64,000 bases of DNA from a virus: the IMG/VR virus record IMGVR_UViG_3300031963_012969, one strand, 5' to 3'. This document shows, piece by piece, positions 19,868 through 28,154 of this stretch. The notes beneath the pieces were generated by a model. That model saw only the letters and a program-made list of their open reading frames with translations. It had not been told where the DNA came from and ran no database searches. Each line of letters begins with the position of its first letter. The first letter of the stretch is position 1. A program made the position numbers and the translations under genes.

Positions 19868-22800
19868 CTGGTGTGTCGATTGATATTTCTCCCCTTCTGT
19901 ATGCAGATATTACTTCTGATGCGTCTTTGAATTTTACTGAAGGTTTATTTTTGTCTATATTCGTTGTGTTGTAAAGTCCTAAAACAAATTCCTGAGATGG
20001 GGTATAAAATATCTTATTATCTTTTATTGATAGTAAGTTTTTCGACGGCATTAATTTTTTATTAGCCTCTTGTATGGCGTCATCGGATACAGGTACATGT
20101 ACATTCATTTGATCTCCATCAAAATCTAAGTTAAATCCTTTGACTATTAATGGGCTAACCTGAATAGAATCTCCTGTAACGAGTCTTGGGGTAGCGGCCA
20201 TAATATTGAATCTATGTAGAGCTGGTGCTCTATTGTATAGAACTGGCCTTTCGGACATTTCATCAAGCAAGAATTTTTTAGCATAATCGCTTTTTCTTTC
20301 GACGTTTAATGCTGCTTGAGTAGATGGCATCCCATTCTTAACCATTCTTCTCATCACAAATGGAGCATATAATTTCCATGCCATTTTTTCTGGAATACCT
20401 ATGCTGTCCATATCTAGGTCGTCACTAGGAATTGTCACACCTCTACCGACTGTATTTACGGTGTGCCCAATTACCTTAGATAAAAACATTCCAGTCTTTG
20501 GGCCACCAGATCCTGCTAGTGATTTTATAAAACCTTTTACACCTTTTTGCTGTAATTTTGGGTGAAGTGGATCTCCAAGCCCCATCACAGCAGTTAATGC
20601 GTCATATACAGAAAGTTTTTCATCTCCAGCCTCTGATTCTCCAAACGCATCTTTAGATTCTCTATGAAGATCTCTAGCTGTCATTAAGTCTTTATATAAA
20701 TAATTTGCATCAGCACTTAACATCATTTTACCAGCCATCGATACAGGTCTATAGCTTGGGGGCAACACAGGAACTTTTTTCATAAAAAAGTCATCTTTAT
20801 CTAATCCCTGTTTTCTTATTCCAGATAAAATATTTAATTTTTTTACTGCATCATTCCTAGATGTTTTTGATCCATTTCTTATTGCGGATCTCAAGTCTTC
20901 TTCCATTCTATTGAAGTCTATAGATTGGTATGCATTAACTAATGCCTCGGGTCCAGTTCTTCCATCAATCATTTCTTTTCCAGATAGAACGTCCCTCATT
21001 TTGTTCTCAGTGAGCCCAAGTAATTTTCTTAGTGGTTCTTCTAATATTGGATTTGGAATTGGCTCGTCCAATGATATGAAGCTCCAGTTTTTACCGTCTA
21101 TGCCGTGCAACGATTGATCCATTAGACCACCTTTTACGGGCTCCCCAGTTCTAGGGTTTATTGTTTCAGCATTGCTAAGTTCTCTGTTTTCAACTAATGA
21201 ATCTATGTCCGCTTTTTTTAAAGCTTTTATTGTTATATTTGCTCCCCTTTTGTCTGGATTGATTCCAGCCGCTTTTAGTGTGTTGGTGAATTTTTCATAG
21301 ATAAAGGGGGTTTTTGGTGCTGGTAATGACATGCCCATTTTTATAGATCTCCACATATCCACGTTTGCACCCGTCCTATAATTCTGAATATCGAATAAAT
21401 TTTTAACAGCACCATGAGAAAGTAATGCCATTGTATCTAACATACCTATTCTTTTTGCACTTTCTGATCCACCTGGTTTACCTGGTTGTTCGTTTAGGTC
21501 TGGATTACCCTCATCTATCGCGCTAAGCTTTGCGTCTGCTGTATGCTCTAGCTTTAGAAAATTTTGTATACCAGTGAGAACTTTTGGTATTACTTTATTT
21601 GTTTCTGGGTCCAGTAAGTCTTCTGTATCTGATACCTGATTAAGCTCTAATTCATTTTTTACGAAGTCGTGAAACGAGTCAGAAGAAAAGGATGGAAGTG
21701 TATATCTTTTTCCAGTCTTTGTGGCGACTTTTCCTAACAAAGCTTCATATACCATGCCTGGGTTAACTCTTCCAATCATGGCAGCTGGATTGATCAATAT
21801 ATCCACTGTGTTTCCGTCTTTATCCTTAAACATCTTATCATCAGGAATTATTCGACCAATAACCCCCTTAGCAGCAAATCTAGATGATATTTTATCCCCA
21901 GGCTTTGCTGGAAAATTTGCTGATATGTTTACAGACAAACCTCTTCTTGTTTCTATGGCATCTATAACGTTACCATTTACGTTTTTTTCCCATGTTTGGC
22001 TTTTATCTATAAAAGATTTTTTGAGAATTTTATGTAGATTTCCCTTAGCTCTGTCTTCTGCCCTTAGAATCCTAGGAGCAACAGATAAAAATACTGGATC
22101 ACCAGGATTTATTTCTGCGCCTGGTTTAATCATTCCATTGTCGTCTATCTTGTTTAGCTGTTCCTTTGTGTATTTATTTGGGAACAATTGTATAAATTTA
22201 TTTTTATTGGAAACTACTCCGTCCTTATTCTCTACATCAAATCCATATAAATGCGATGACGTAAGTTTAGATGCAGCGCCTTCACTAATTGTAATAGAGT
22301 CCTCAAACGTACCGCCCTGTTTTCCTGGCATAAAAGCTACCCTAAGATTCTTGCCTATAGATAGTTCTCCATCTTTATTTACATAATTTGAATGAGCTAA
22401 TGCTTGTCCGGTTTTAACTTGATCGCCTGGCTTAACTAATGGAGTATCTGTAGTAAATGTCTTTCTGTTGTGTGGATAAAAATATCTTAACTCCATGTCC
22501 ACATCTTTTTTGTCTAACCCAGTTATTGTTATTCTATCGTTTGTTATTTTTTTAACTACCCCGTCAGTTGGGGACGCGACAACCCCTATTTTAGACCCTA
22601 TGGTCTTTTCTAGTGGTTGTTCATTGTCTTCGTCTAATGACATTACAAGAGGTGGCTCTGGTTGTGCCATCGGCAAAGCTTGAGTAAAATACTTGCCAGC
22701 CATAAATGCTCTAGCCCCCTTCATTGTACTAAACATTGGGGCTAGATTAATAGAGTCTGTATACACGTGCGAAGGGGACAATATTTTGTATTCCACTTCG

Positions 22801-22943
22801 TCTGGGGTAGCATAAGTTAACTTACCCTTTTTCATTGCTGGAACCGGGTAAGACGATTTTGATCCGTTAGGATCTATTACTTGTGGTAACGCATTCTTCT
22901 GGACAAAGTCTGGAAAAAGCTCTGAAAACAAATCTTTTTTCAT
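19851..22943 (-). CDS. RNA polymerase fusion subunit: beta C-terminal part + beta' N-terminal (catalytic) part
   Basis: beta motifs RAFMAGKYFTQA, TFEDSI, GDKISSRFAAKGVI, KLEH, RIGMLD..AL..HGA; beta' motifs ETINPRT, PVLPPSYRP, NRAPALHR and catalytic NLDFDGDQM. Confidence 0.95.
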   Translation of the reverse strand: MKKDLFSELFPDFVQKNALPQVIDPNGSKSSYPVPAMKKGKLTYATPDEVEYKILSPSHVYTDSINLAPMFSTMKGARAFMAGKYFTQALPMAQPEPPLVMSLDEDNEQPLEKTIGSKIGVVASPTDGVVKKITNDRITITGLDKKDVDMELRYFYPHNRKTFTTDTPLVKPGDQVKTGQALAHSNYVNKDGELSIGKNLRVAFMPGKQGGTFEDSITISEGAASKLTSSHLYGFDVENKDGVVSNKNKFIQLFPNKYTKEQLNKIDDNGMIKPGAEINPGDPVFLSVAPRILRAEDRAKGNLHKILKKSFIDKSQTWEKNVNGNVIDAIETRRGLSVNISANFPAKPGDKISSRFAAKGVIGRIIPDDKMFKDKDGNTVDILINPAAMIGRVNPGMVYEALLGKVATKTGKRYTLPSFSSDSFHDFVKNELELNQVSDTEDLLDPETNKVIPKVLTGIQNFLKLEHTADAKLSAIDEGNPDLNEQPGKPGGSESAKRIGMLDTMALLSHGAVKNLFDIQNYRTGANVDMWRSIKMGMSLPAPKTPFIYEKFTNTLKAAGINPDKRGANITIKALKKADIDSLVENRELSNAETINPRTGEPVKGGLMDQSLHGIDGKNWSFISLDEPIPNPILEEPLRKLLGLTENKMRDVLSGKEMIDGRTGPEALVNAYQSIDFNRMEEDLRSAIRNGSKTSRNDAVKKLNILSGIRKQGLDKDDFFMKKVPVLPPSYRPVSMAGKMMLSADANYLYKDLMTARDLHRESKDAFGESEAGDEKLSVYDALTAVMGLGDPLHPKLQQKGVKGFIKSLAGSGGPKTGMFLSKVIGHTVNTVGRGVTIPSDDLDMDSIGIPEKMAWKLYAPFVMRRMVKNGMPSTQAALNVERKSDYAKKFLLDEMSERPVLYNRAPALHRFNIMAATPRLVTGDSIQVSPLIVKGFNLDFDGDQMNVHVPVSDDAIQEANKKLMPSKNLLSIKDNKIFYTPSQEFVLGLYNTTNIDKNKPSVKFKDASEVISAYRRGEISIDTPVEISA

Positions 22944-22946
22944 GTA

Positions 22947-23552
22947 TTAATAAATTAAATATCTACGTATAAACATATTCAAAGAGTTCAAACATCTTTC
23001 AGATCTATATATTAAATAACTTATAGATTTCCAGAAATGTTTCCAGCCAGCTTTATTTAGCAACTTCCTAAATCTATTTATTAGTTTTTTATCCTTTTCC
23101 TTTTGTTCATGTATTAGTCTTTCAAAGCTAATTGAATGTTTTTCGGTTGTTTTTACCTCAACTAATAAAATCTTATCTAATTTCCCGTAAATAAAGTATG
23201 CATCAAAATCCATCCAGGTTTCCTCTGTGTCGGATGAGTCTATGCTACTATAAAATGTTATTTTGCCGTGATAGTCTATTTTCTTTGTATATCTATCTTT
23301 CTCTATTACTTCTTTCCAGATATTCCACGGTCTAACGTCTTTACTTTTTCTCTCTTCTTCAGAGAATGGTATGTATTCTCTTTCTACTATCTCTTCTACT
23401 AGATCTCCAGTTTCTGTTATGAAGTATTGACTTAAACAATTATCTAAGTCTTTTGTTTGAAAATTTATTTCACTCCAATTAATTGAATGTTTCTTTAATT
23501 CGTCATTAAGTGGTAATTCTACACTGACTTTAATTTCATCGAACATCCCCAT
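22947..23552 (-). CDS. Conserved phage hypothetical protein
   Basis: MGMFDEI...FQTKDLDNCLSQY.I...G pattern, which I recognise from phage hypotheticals. Confidence 0.6.
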   Translation of the reverse strand: MGMFDEIKVSVELPLNDELKKHSINWSEINFQTKDLDNCLSQYFITETGDLVEEIVEREYIPFSEEERKSKDVRPWNIWKEVIEKDRYTKKIDYHGKITFYSSIDSSDTEETWMDFDAYFIYGKLDKILLVEVKTTEKHSISFERLIHEQKEKDKKLINRFRKLLNKAGWKHFWKSISYLIYRSERCLNSLNMFIRRYLIY

Positions 23553-23557
23553 ATGTA

Positions 23558-24556
23558 TTAAGTTATATTTGCTGTGTTTATTGAATTATTGGAAACATTC
23601 TTAAATGCATCTGGATTCCTAATTATAGCGTCTATTATTGTTTTTTTAGGAACTTTGTTTCTTAGAGAATTTAAGTATGGATCTGGATTTTGCTGAGCTT
23701 TTCTTGCTACAGTTCTCGCAAGGAACCCAGGAACGCCTGGTATTTTCCAGTCGTGTTTTATAGCGTTATTAAAGAATTGGTCAACGTTTAAATTTTTAGA
23801 CAAAATTCTTTTGTATAATCCCTCTGGTGTTTCATTTGGAATACTGGTCTGAAGTTGCGGCAATTGAGCGTTAGACTTTTTCTGGAACGGTTGTCCAACT
23901 GGCTGAAATTGATTTGCCTGTTGAGGCATTTGTTTCATGGGAACAGACACATTAGATGGAATACCTGGTCCAGTGGATGTAGCGCTAGATGTATAAGTTG
24001 GTGTATAATTTTGATTTATCTGTCCAGGATTACGCGCAGCCTCGTCCATGGAGTTTTGAACATTAAGTTTACCTAGCTCGCCTAACATTTGTCCTGTACC
24101 TGCTATAGTTTTAATAGGGTTAGCAAATCCATGCCAAGCTCTACCCATGACACCTTTATCTGCAACCTGTTGAGTTTCTGCTAAATTTTTTGCGGGATCC
24201 ATTGCGACATCTACCCCTTGCAACGCCATATTTCCGGCCCATGCCCATGGTGCCGCTTTAGAAGCAAATCCCAATGCTTTCCCAGCCACTCCAGCTGCGT
24301 TAGATGATTGAGCCATCGCTCCAATTGCGTTATTCATTCTAGGAGCAACCTTTGACAAGTGATGACGTCCTTCGTGCAACAAACTGCTGGCTCCTGTACC
24401 GCCTTCGGCAATACTAACTGCTTGATGTAGTCCATGCCCGTGTCCAGTGTTTGCTACGGCAAGACCGTCACTTACAGCAGAAATTGGCTGACTAATTAAT
24501 CTTGGAATGCTGCCAAATCCAGCCTTTTTACTTAACAAAGATAATATTTTTTTCAT
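23558..24556 (-). CDS. Putative virion cargo protein, Ala/Gly-rich amphipathic
   Basis: 332 aa; leader MKKILSLLSKKAG. Confidence 0.55.
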   Translation of the reverse strand: MKKILSLLSKKAGFGSIPRLISQPISAVSDGLAVANTGHGHGLHQAVSIAEGGTGASSLLHEGRHHLSKVAPRMNNAIGAMAQSSNAAGVAGKALGFASKAAPWAWAGNMALQGVDVAMDPAKNLAETQQVADKGVMGRAWHGFANPIKTIAGTGQMLGELGKLNVQNSMDEAARNPGQINQNYTPTYTSSATSTGPGIPSNVSVPMKQMPQQANQFQPVGQPFQKKSNAQLPQLQTSIPNETPEGLYKRILSKNLNVDQFFNNAIKHDWKIPGVPGFLARTVARKAQQNPDPYLNSLRNKVPKKTIIDAIIRNPDAFKNVSNNSINTANIT

Positions 24557-24568
24557 ACAATAATGTCA

Positions 24569-25501
24569 TTAACTGCATCTGCATCTCCACTTCCTTAGAG
24601 CTTTGTTTATTCTACTATCTGGATCATTTTTTGTTTCAGCCCCAGTTCTTCTTTTTTTCATCCCACACATTCTGGAGCAGAAACTGTTTTGTCTGCTTTC
24701 TCTTTTACCTTTTGGATTTTTTTCAGTAACTGGAGCTTTTAGGTTGCCGCCAGTTTGTTTATTGTAACTTGCTCTACCTTTTGCATTTAATCCGCCCTCC
24801 GAGTTTTTCCCTTCAGATCTTTGCCACGCCGGAGACTTTGCCATCTTATCTGGCAAAAAAGTTACAGCTTGTTCAGCCGATTTCGTCAATCTATTCCACT
24901 GCTTTTTGTCTGGATAATCTTTATCCCCAGGTTTAGCTGGTTTTTCGCCCCTTTGTCTTTTTGCTCTTATGTTTGCCCAAAGGCCAGGTTTTTCATCTTT
25001 TGCTAACTTGGGAAGAAAACTAACTTTATTCATATTTTTATTATATTTCTTGGTTTTATATTCGTCCATAAGAACTTTTAATGCTTCTGGGTCTTTTACT
25101 AATTTAGTTGGGTCAATGGCCCAATTCCTCAGTGCATACGCTCTTCTTGGGGTTGGATTAGACTGAAACATTTTACCGCCGTGCCTAGCCTTAAAAGCAA
25201 TCCACCTTTTAATTTGCCTTTTGTCGTCTTCCATTCTTCTGCCCTCGGAGTATCTTTTGTACCACTGCAGCCACCCATGAGGATCAGCTGGATGGTACCA
25301 GTGTTGTGGCCACTCAGGTAAACTCGCTAGTCTTGGTGCATCCTGGGGGCCGTATACCTCTCCGTATACCCCTATTTCCTTAAGTTGATCTGGAGTAAAA
25401 TCTGGCAAAAAACTGGTTTCTACGTCTTGCTGCTTTTCTTTATTGTCTTCTGGATTGCTCATTAAACAGATTAAATTAACACATTTAATGTATATATACA
25501 A
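24569..25501 (-). CDS. Multi-module basic protein (polyprotein-like; C-terminal DUF6321-like module)
   Basis: Modules DPHGWLQWY.RY..GRR..D.RQI.RW / GLWANIRAKR.RGEKPAKPGDKDYP / AWQR.EGKN..GGLN.KGR..SFC.RM..SRINKALRKW.C; true start probably MSNPED. Confidence 0.65.
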   Translation of the reverse strand: MYIYIKCVNLICLMSNPEDNKEKQQDVETSFLPDFTPDQLKEIGVYGEVYGPQDAPRLASLPEWPQHWYHPADPHGWLQWYKRYSEGRRMEDDKRQIKRWIAFKARHGGKMFQSNPTPRRAYALRNWAIDPTKLVKDPEALKVLMDEYKTKKYNKNMNKVSFLPKLAKDEKPGLWANIRAKRQRGEKPAKPGDKDYPDKKQWNRLTKSAEQAVTFLPDKMAKSPAWQRSEGKNSEGGLNAKGRASYNKQTGGNLKAPVTEKNPKGKRESRQNSFCSRMCGMKKRRTGAETKNDPDSRINKALRKWRCRCS

Positions 25502-25519
25502 ATAAGATATCTGTCATCT

Positions 25520-25562
25520 AAAAAAAAGGTGGAAGGAGCTTTCGCCCCTTCCACACTTTTTT
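25520..25562. terminator. Intrinsic terminator ending the small-gene cassette
   Basis: A-tract, gtggaagg / ccttccac stem, T-tract. Confidence 0.7.
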
Positions 25563-25719
25563 AGCTCAACTGTTTTATTCCCAGTATTGTAATTGGGAAT
25601 TTTTTGTTGAGCTGTTTCCAGGCCTGGGCAACATGCCCACGGCTTTCTCCATACCTAACTGCCTTAAGTAGTTTAATGGGGTTAGGCTGTTGTCTATATG
25701 ATATTTCAAATAGCTTCAT
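25561..25719 (-). CDS. Small basic hypothetical protein (52 aa, not in the ORF track)
   Basis: Manual translation MKLFEISYRQQPNPIKLLKAVRYGESRGHVAQAWKQLNKKFPITILGIKQLS; fills the gap up to the terminator. Confidence 0.5.
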   Translation of the reverse strand: MKLFEISYRQQPNPIKLLKAVRYGESRGHVAQAWKQLNKKFPITILGIKQLS

Positions 25720-26146
25720 CTTTTTCATATAGTATTGTGCAAGTTGACCATACTACAGACGCCAAAAATACATTAACAATCAAATAGATGGATAATGTAA
25801 TTGGTGACAGTAGTGCGATTACTGCTCCCCAAAGGGCCACTGCGGGTACCTCTGTGTAGCAGATTTCGTCTGCTATCTTTCGGCACATCCACCCTGGGAC
25901 ATTGTATTTGTCTAGTCTTTTGCCTAGAAAAATAACAATTGCTATTAATGGGGTAAAAACCCCAACTAGTATTGAGGGTACAAAACCAATCTTCAGTAAA
26001 TCTACTGCAGATTGCCATGTGTCGTTAATGGCAGTGTATCTCATTATAATACCAGATATAATACTTATTATAAGTACATAAGGAAAATACAATGCTAACT
26101 TTTTTGCTATTTTCATGTTTTTATTTTGTAGCCGTATTCTGCGCAT
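25706..26146 (-). CDS. Membrane protein (3-4 TM)
   Basis: Several hydrophobic stretches; true start probably MKIAKK. Confidence 0.55.
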   Translation of the reverse strand: MRRIRLQNKNMKIAKKLALYFPYVLIISIISGIIMRYTAINDTWQSAVDLLKIGFVPSILVGVFTPLIAIVIFLGKRLDKYNVPGWMCRKIADEICYTEVPAVALWGAVIALLSPITLSIYLIVNVFLASVVWSTCTILYEKDEAI

Positions 26147-26319
26147 AGATCCGCAAACGCAGATACGCAGTACCCAGCAATAAAGTCACTTGCGTGACTT
26201 TCTTCCCAGTGAGGATGTCTCTCAAGCAAAATGGTTTTAAAGTTTTGGATGTTTTCACATCCAAAATCATTTGCCAGCTCTTGCTCTATTACATTATATG
26301 TTTTTTGAATACTACTCAT
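26113..26319 (-). CDS. Hypothetical protein
   Basis: 68 aa, coupled to neighbouring genes by ATGA-type overlaps. Confidence 0.5.
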   Translation of the reverse strand: MSSIQKTYNVIEQELANDFGCENIQNFKTILLERHPHWEESHASDFIAGYCVSAFADLCAEYGYKIKT

Positions 26320-26477
26320 TTTGTGTAATATCTATACATGTTACCCTGTCTACTGATTTGCTGTAGCCATGTCTCCGACCCGAAAGTATAAACGGGTCTC
26401 GGATCTGGATTCCTGAATGGAAATAATTTTTCCATTCCTCTTGTCACGGCAAACACTAATATGTTTTTGATCTTCAT
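26316..26477 (-). CDS. Small hypothetical protein (53 aa, not in the ORF track)
   Basis: MKIKNILVFAVTRGMEKLFPFRNPDPRPVYTFGSETWLQQISRQGNMYRYYTK; ATGA overlaps at both ends. Confidence 0.55.
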   Translation of the reverse strand: MKIKNILVFAVTRGMEKLFPFRNPDPRPVYTFGSETWLQQISRQGNMYRYYTK

Positions 26478-26824
26478 AATGAGACAATGTATGTTTTAAC
26501 TTTATTGTATGTATCTATGCACTTATCCTTGATGTGACTTACAATACCGCTATCATCTTTTTGAAGGCGGATTGTCTGTATTGCCAATTTTTCATTAGCA
26601 GTTAGATTGTTTAGATCCAACTTATTGAACTCCTCACTGGAGCCCTGTGAAGCTACGGTGAGCGCGACTTTAAAGTCGCCGCTAACCGTGTTGTCTTTGA
26701 TTTGATTGTTTACGCTGTAAATGTACAGCACTGCACTGAACAATAGGCAGAGTACTGCGCTATTGACTAGGATTACGTTGCTCATCATTTTAGCTATTTT
26801 TATTACTGGTTTCATGGTGTTCAT
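26474..26824 (-). CDS. Membrane-anchored hypothetical protein
   Basis: 116 aa with one N-terminal TM; first gene after promoter motif copy 2. Confidence 0.55.
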   Translation of the reverse strand: MNTMKPVIKIAKMMSNVILVNSAVLCLLFSAVLYIYSVNNQIKDNTVSGDFKVALTVASQGSSEEFNKLDLNNLTANEKLAIQTIRLQKDDSGIVSHIKDKCIDTYNKVKTYIVSL

Positions 26825-26967
26825 GTTGTTTGGTTTTGTTGTTGGTTGTTATATAAAAAAAATCGAGTTTTGCCACTGGCCGATTTTTTAGAGCCAGCTA
26901 TTATTTTTAGGACACTTTTAAATCTTTTTTAGGGATCCGATAGGGTGTATCCTAGAATATTTCCTAT

Positions 26968-27006
26968 CAATATATTATGGCTAAAAACACCTGTTTTTTG
27001 GTACCC
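26968..27006 (-). promoter_or_regulatory. Putative phage-specific promoter, copy 2
   Basis: Minus strand GGGTACC-N18-GCCATAATATATTG. Confidence 0.6.
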
Positions 27007-27009
27007 CTA

Positions 27010-27037
27010 TTGACTTTTTCGATATAACTGATATGGT
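27010..27037 (+). promoter_or_regulatory. Possible sigma70-like promoter for tRNA-Gln and the glycosyltransferase
   Basis: TTGACT-N16-TATGGT, 17 nt upstream of the tRNA. Confidence 0.35.
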
Positions 27038-27054
27038 TTTCTAATTACCACCAG

Positions 27055-27127
27055 TGCCCTCTGGGGGAATGGTAGACCCAACCGGCTTTGAACCGGTCTT
27101 TTCTAGGTTCGAGTCCTAGGGGGGCAG
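27055..27127 (+). tRNA. tRNA-Gln (UUG)
   Basis: Acceptor TGCCCTC/GGGGGCA; anticodon arm ACCGG-CTTTGAA-CCGGT; T-arm CTAGG-TTCGAGT-CCTAG; CCA not encoded. Confidence 0.9.
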
Positions 27128-27143
27128 CATACAAAAACAAAAC

Positions 27144-28154
27144 ATGAAAAAAGTATTATTTTGGCCATATAAATATAATAATATGGGAGCAGATTGGTCT
27201 ATTCCAGTATTGCACTTAATTAATTGCTTTAAATCTCACAATTTTCAAGTGTTAAGACATCCTAACTTTAAATTTACTAATGACATAGATACAGAAATTT
27301 ATGACTTCAATAAACACAGGGATGATATAGATATTTGTATATACAATCATACAGATATATCTTTAATAATTGGAAACGTAATAAAATGCCGCAAAAATTT
27401 ATTTTTTAAGCCCACAGTCCCTGAGCGCGGCTATACAACATTAGATGAATTAGGGTATGGGCCGTATTCCTCAATTACATACGAAAAACCAAAATTTGAT
27501 ATTTATTCAACGGAAGAAATAAATAATTTTTACGAAACTGAAGTTAAAAACTGGATAGACATGAGGTCCAATAAATGGTTTAAAGATTTTAATCCTGTAG
27601 AAAAAACAATAGAAGAAGATGATTACTATTTAATAGTAGGACAATGTTATGGGGATGAAGTCATAAAAAGACATGAATTTGGATCATACAAAGAAAAAGT
27701 AGAACAAATCATAAAAGAAATAAGTAGAATAGATACAACCAGAAAAATTATTGTTAAACTTCATCCATACGTCAATGGGGCAAAAGAACCAATGGTGGGT
27801 GGATTTGGCGAGCAAATAAAAAGTGAAATAGAAAAAATTTCAAGCTCTGTAGTTGTATATACAGGCAATTTAAGTATTCATGATTTTTTACCTAAAGCTC
27901 GTTGTGTATTTATTGCTAATTCTGGGGCTGGGATAGAAGCGATGATGCATAACAAGCCAATAGTTTCTTGGGGAAACCCAGAATATCACTGGGCAACATA
28001 TAGACTTATTCACCTAGCAGACATAATAAGAGCTATTCGAGTAGAGGACTGGTTCGATAAATTTAAGCAACAACAATTTTTGTATTGGTATACAAAACAC
28101 TACTGCTTCTATAATTATGAAAGTTGTTATAGAAGAGTAGGAGAAGTTATTTAA
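27144..28154 (+). CDS. Capsule-synthesis (KpsS/KpsC-like) GT-B glycosyltransferase
   Basis: GQ..GD, IVKLHP, NSGAGIEAMMHNKPIVSWG motifs; the only convincing plus-strand CDS. Confidence 0.7.
   Translation: MKKVLFWPYKYNNMGADWSIPVLHLINCFKSHNFQVLRHPNFKFTNDIDTEIYDFNKHRDDIDICIYNHTDISLIIGNVIKCRKNLFFKPTVPERGYTTLDELGYGPYSSITYEKPKFDIYSTEEINNFYETEVKNWIDMRSNKWFKDFNPVEKTIEEDDYYLIVGQCYGDEVIKRHEFGSYKEKVEQIIKEISRIDTTRKIIVKLHPYVNGAKEPMVGGFGEQIKSEIEKISSSVVVYTGNLSIHDFLPKARCVFIANSGAGIEAMMHNKPIVSWGNPEYHWATYRLIHLADIIRAIRVEDWFDKFKQQQFLYWYTKHYCFYNYESCYRRVGEVI

Noticed and set aside
25563-25645. Structured ncRNA (agctcaac...gttgagct hairpin)
   Set aside because: Lies within a plausible 52-aa ORF that fills the gap up to the terminator
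26370-26440. ncRNA suggested by two hairpins
   Set aside because: The region is a 53-aa ORF with ATGA overlaps on both sides
22944-28146. Group I/II intron or split intein interrupting beta
   Set aside because: No maturase, homing endonuclease or intein terminal motifs seen; the interval holds ordinary genes and a tRNA
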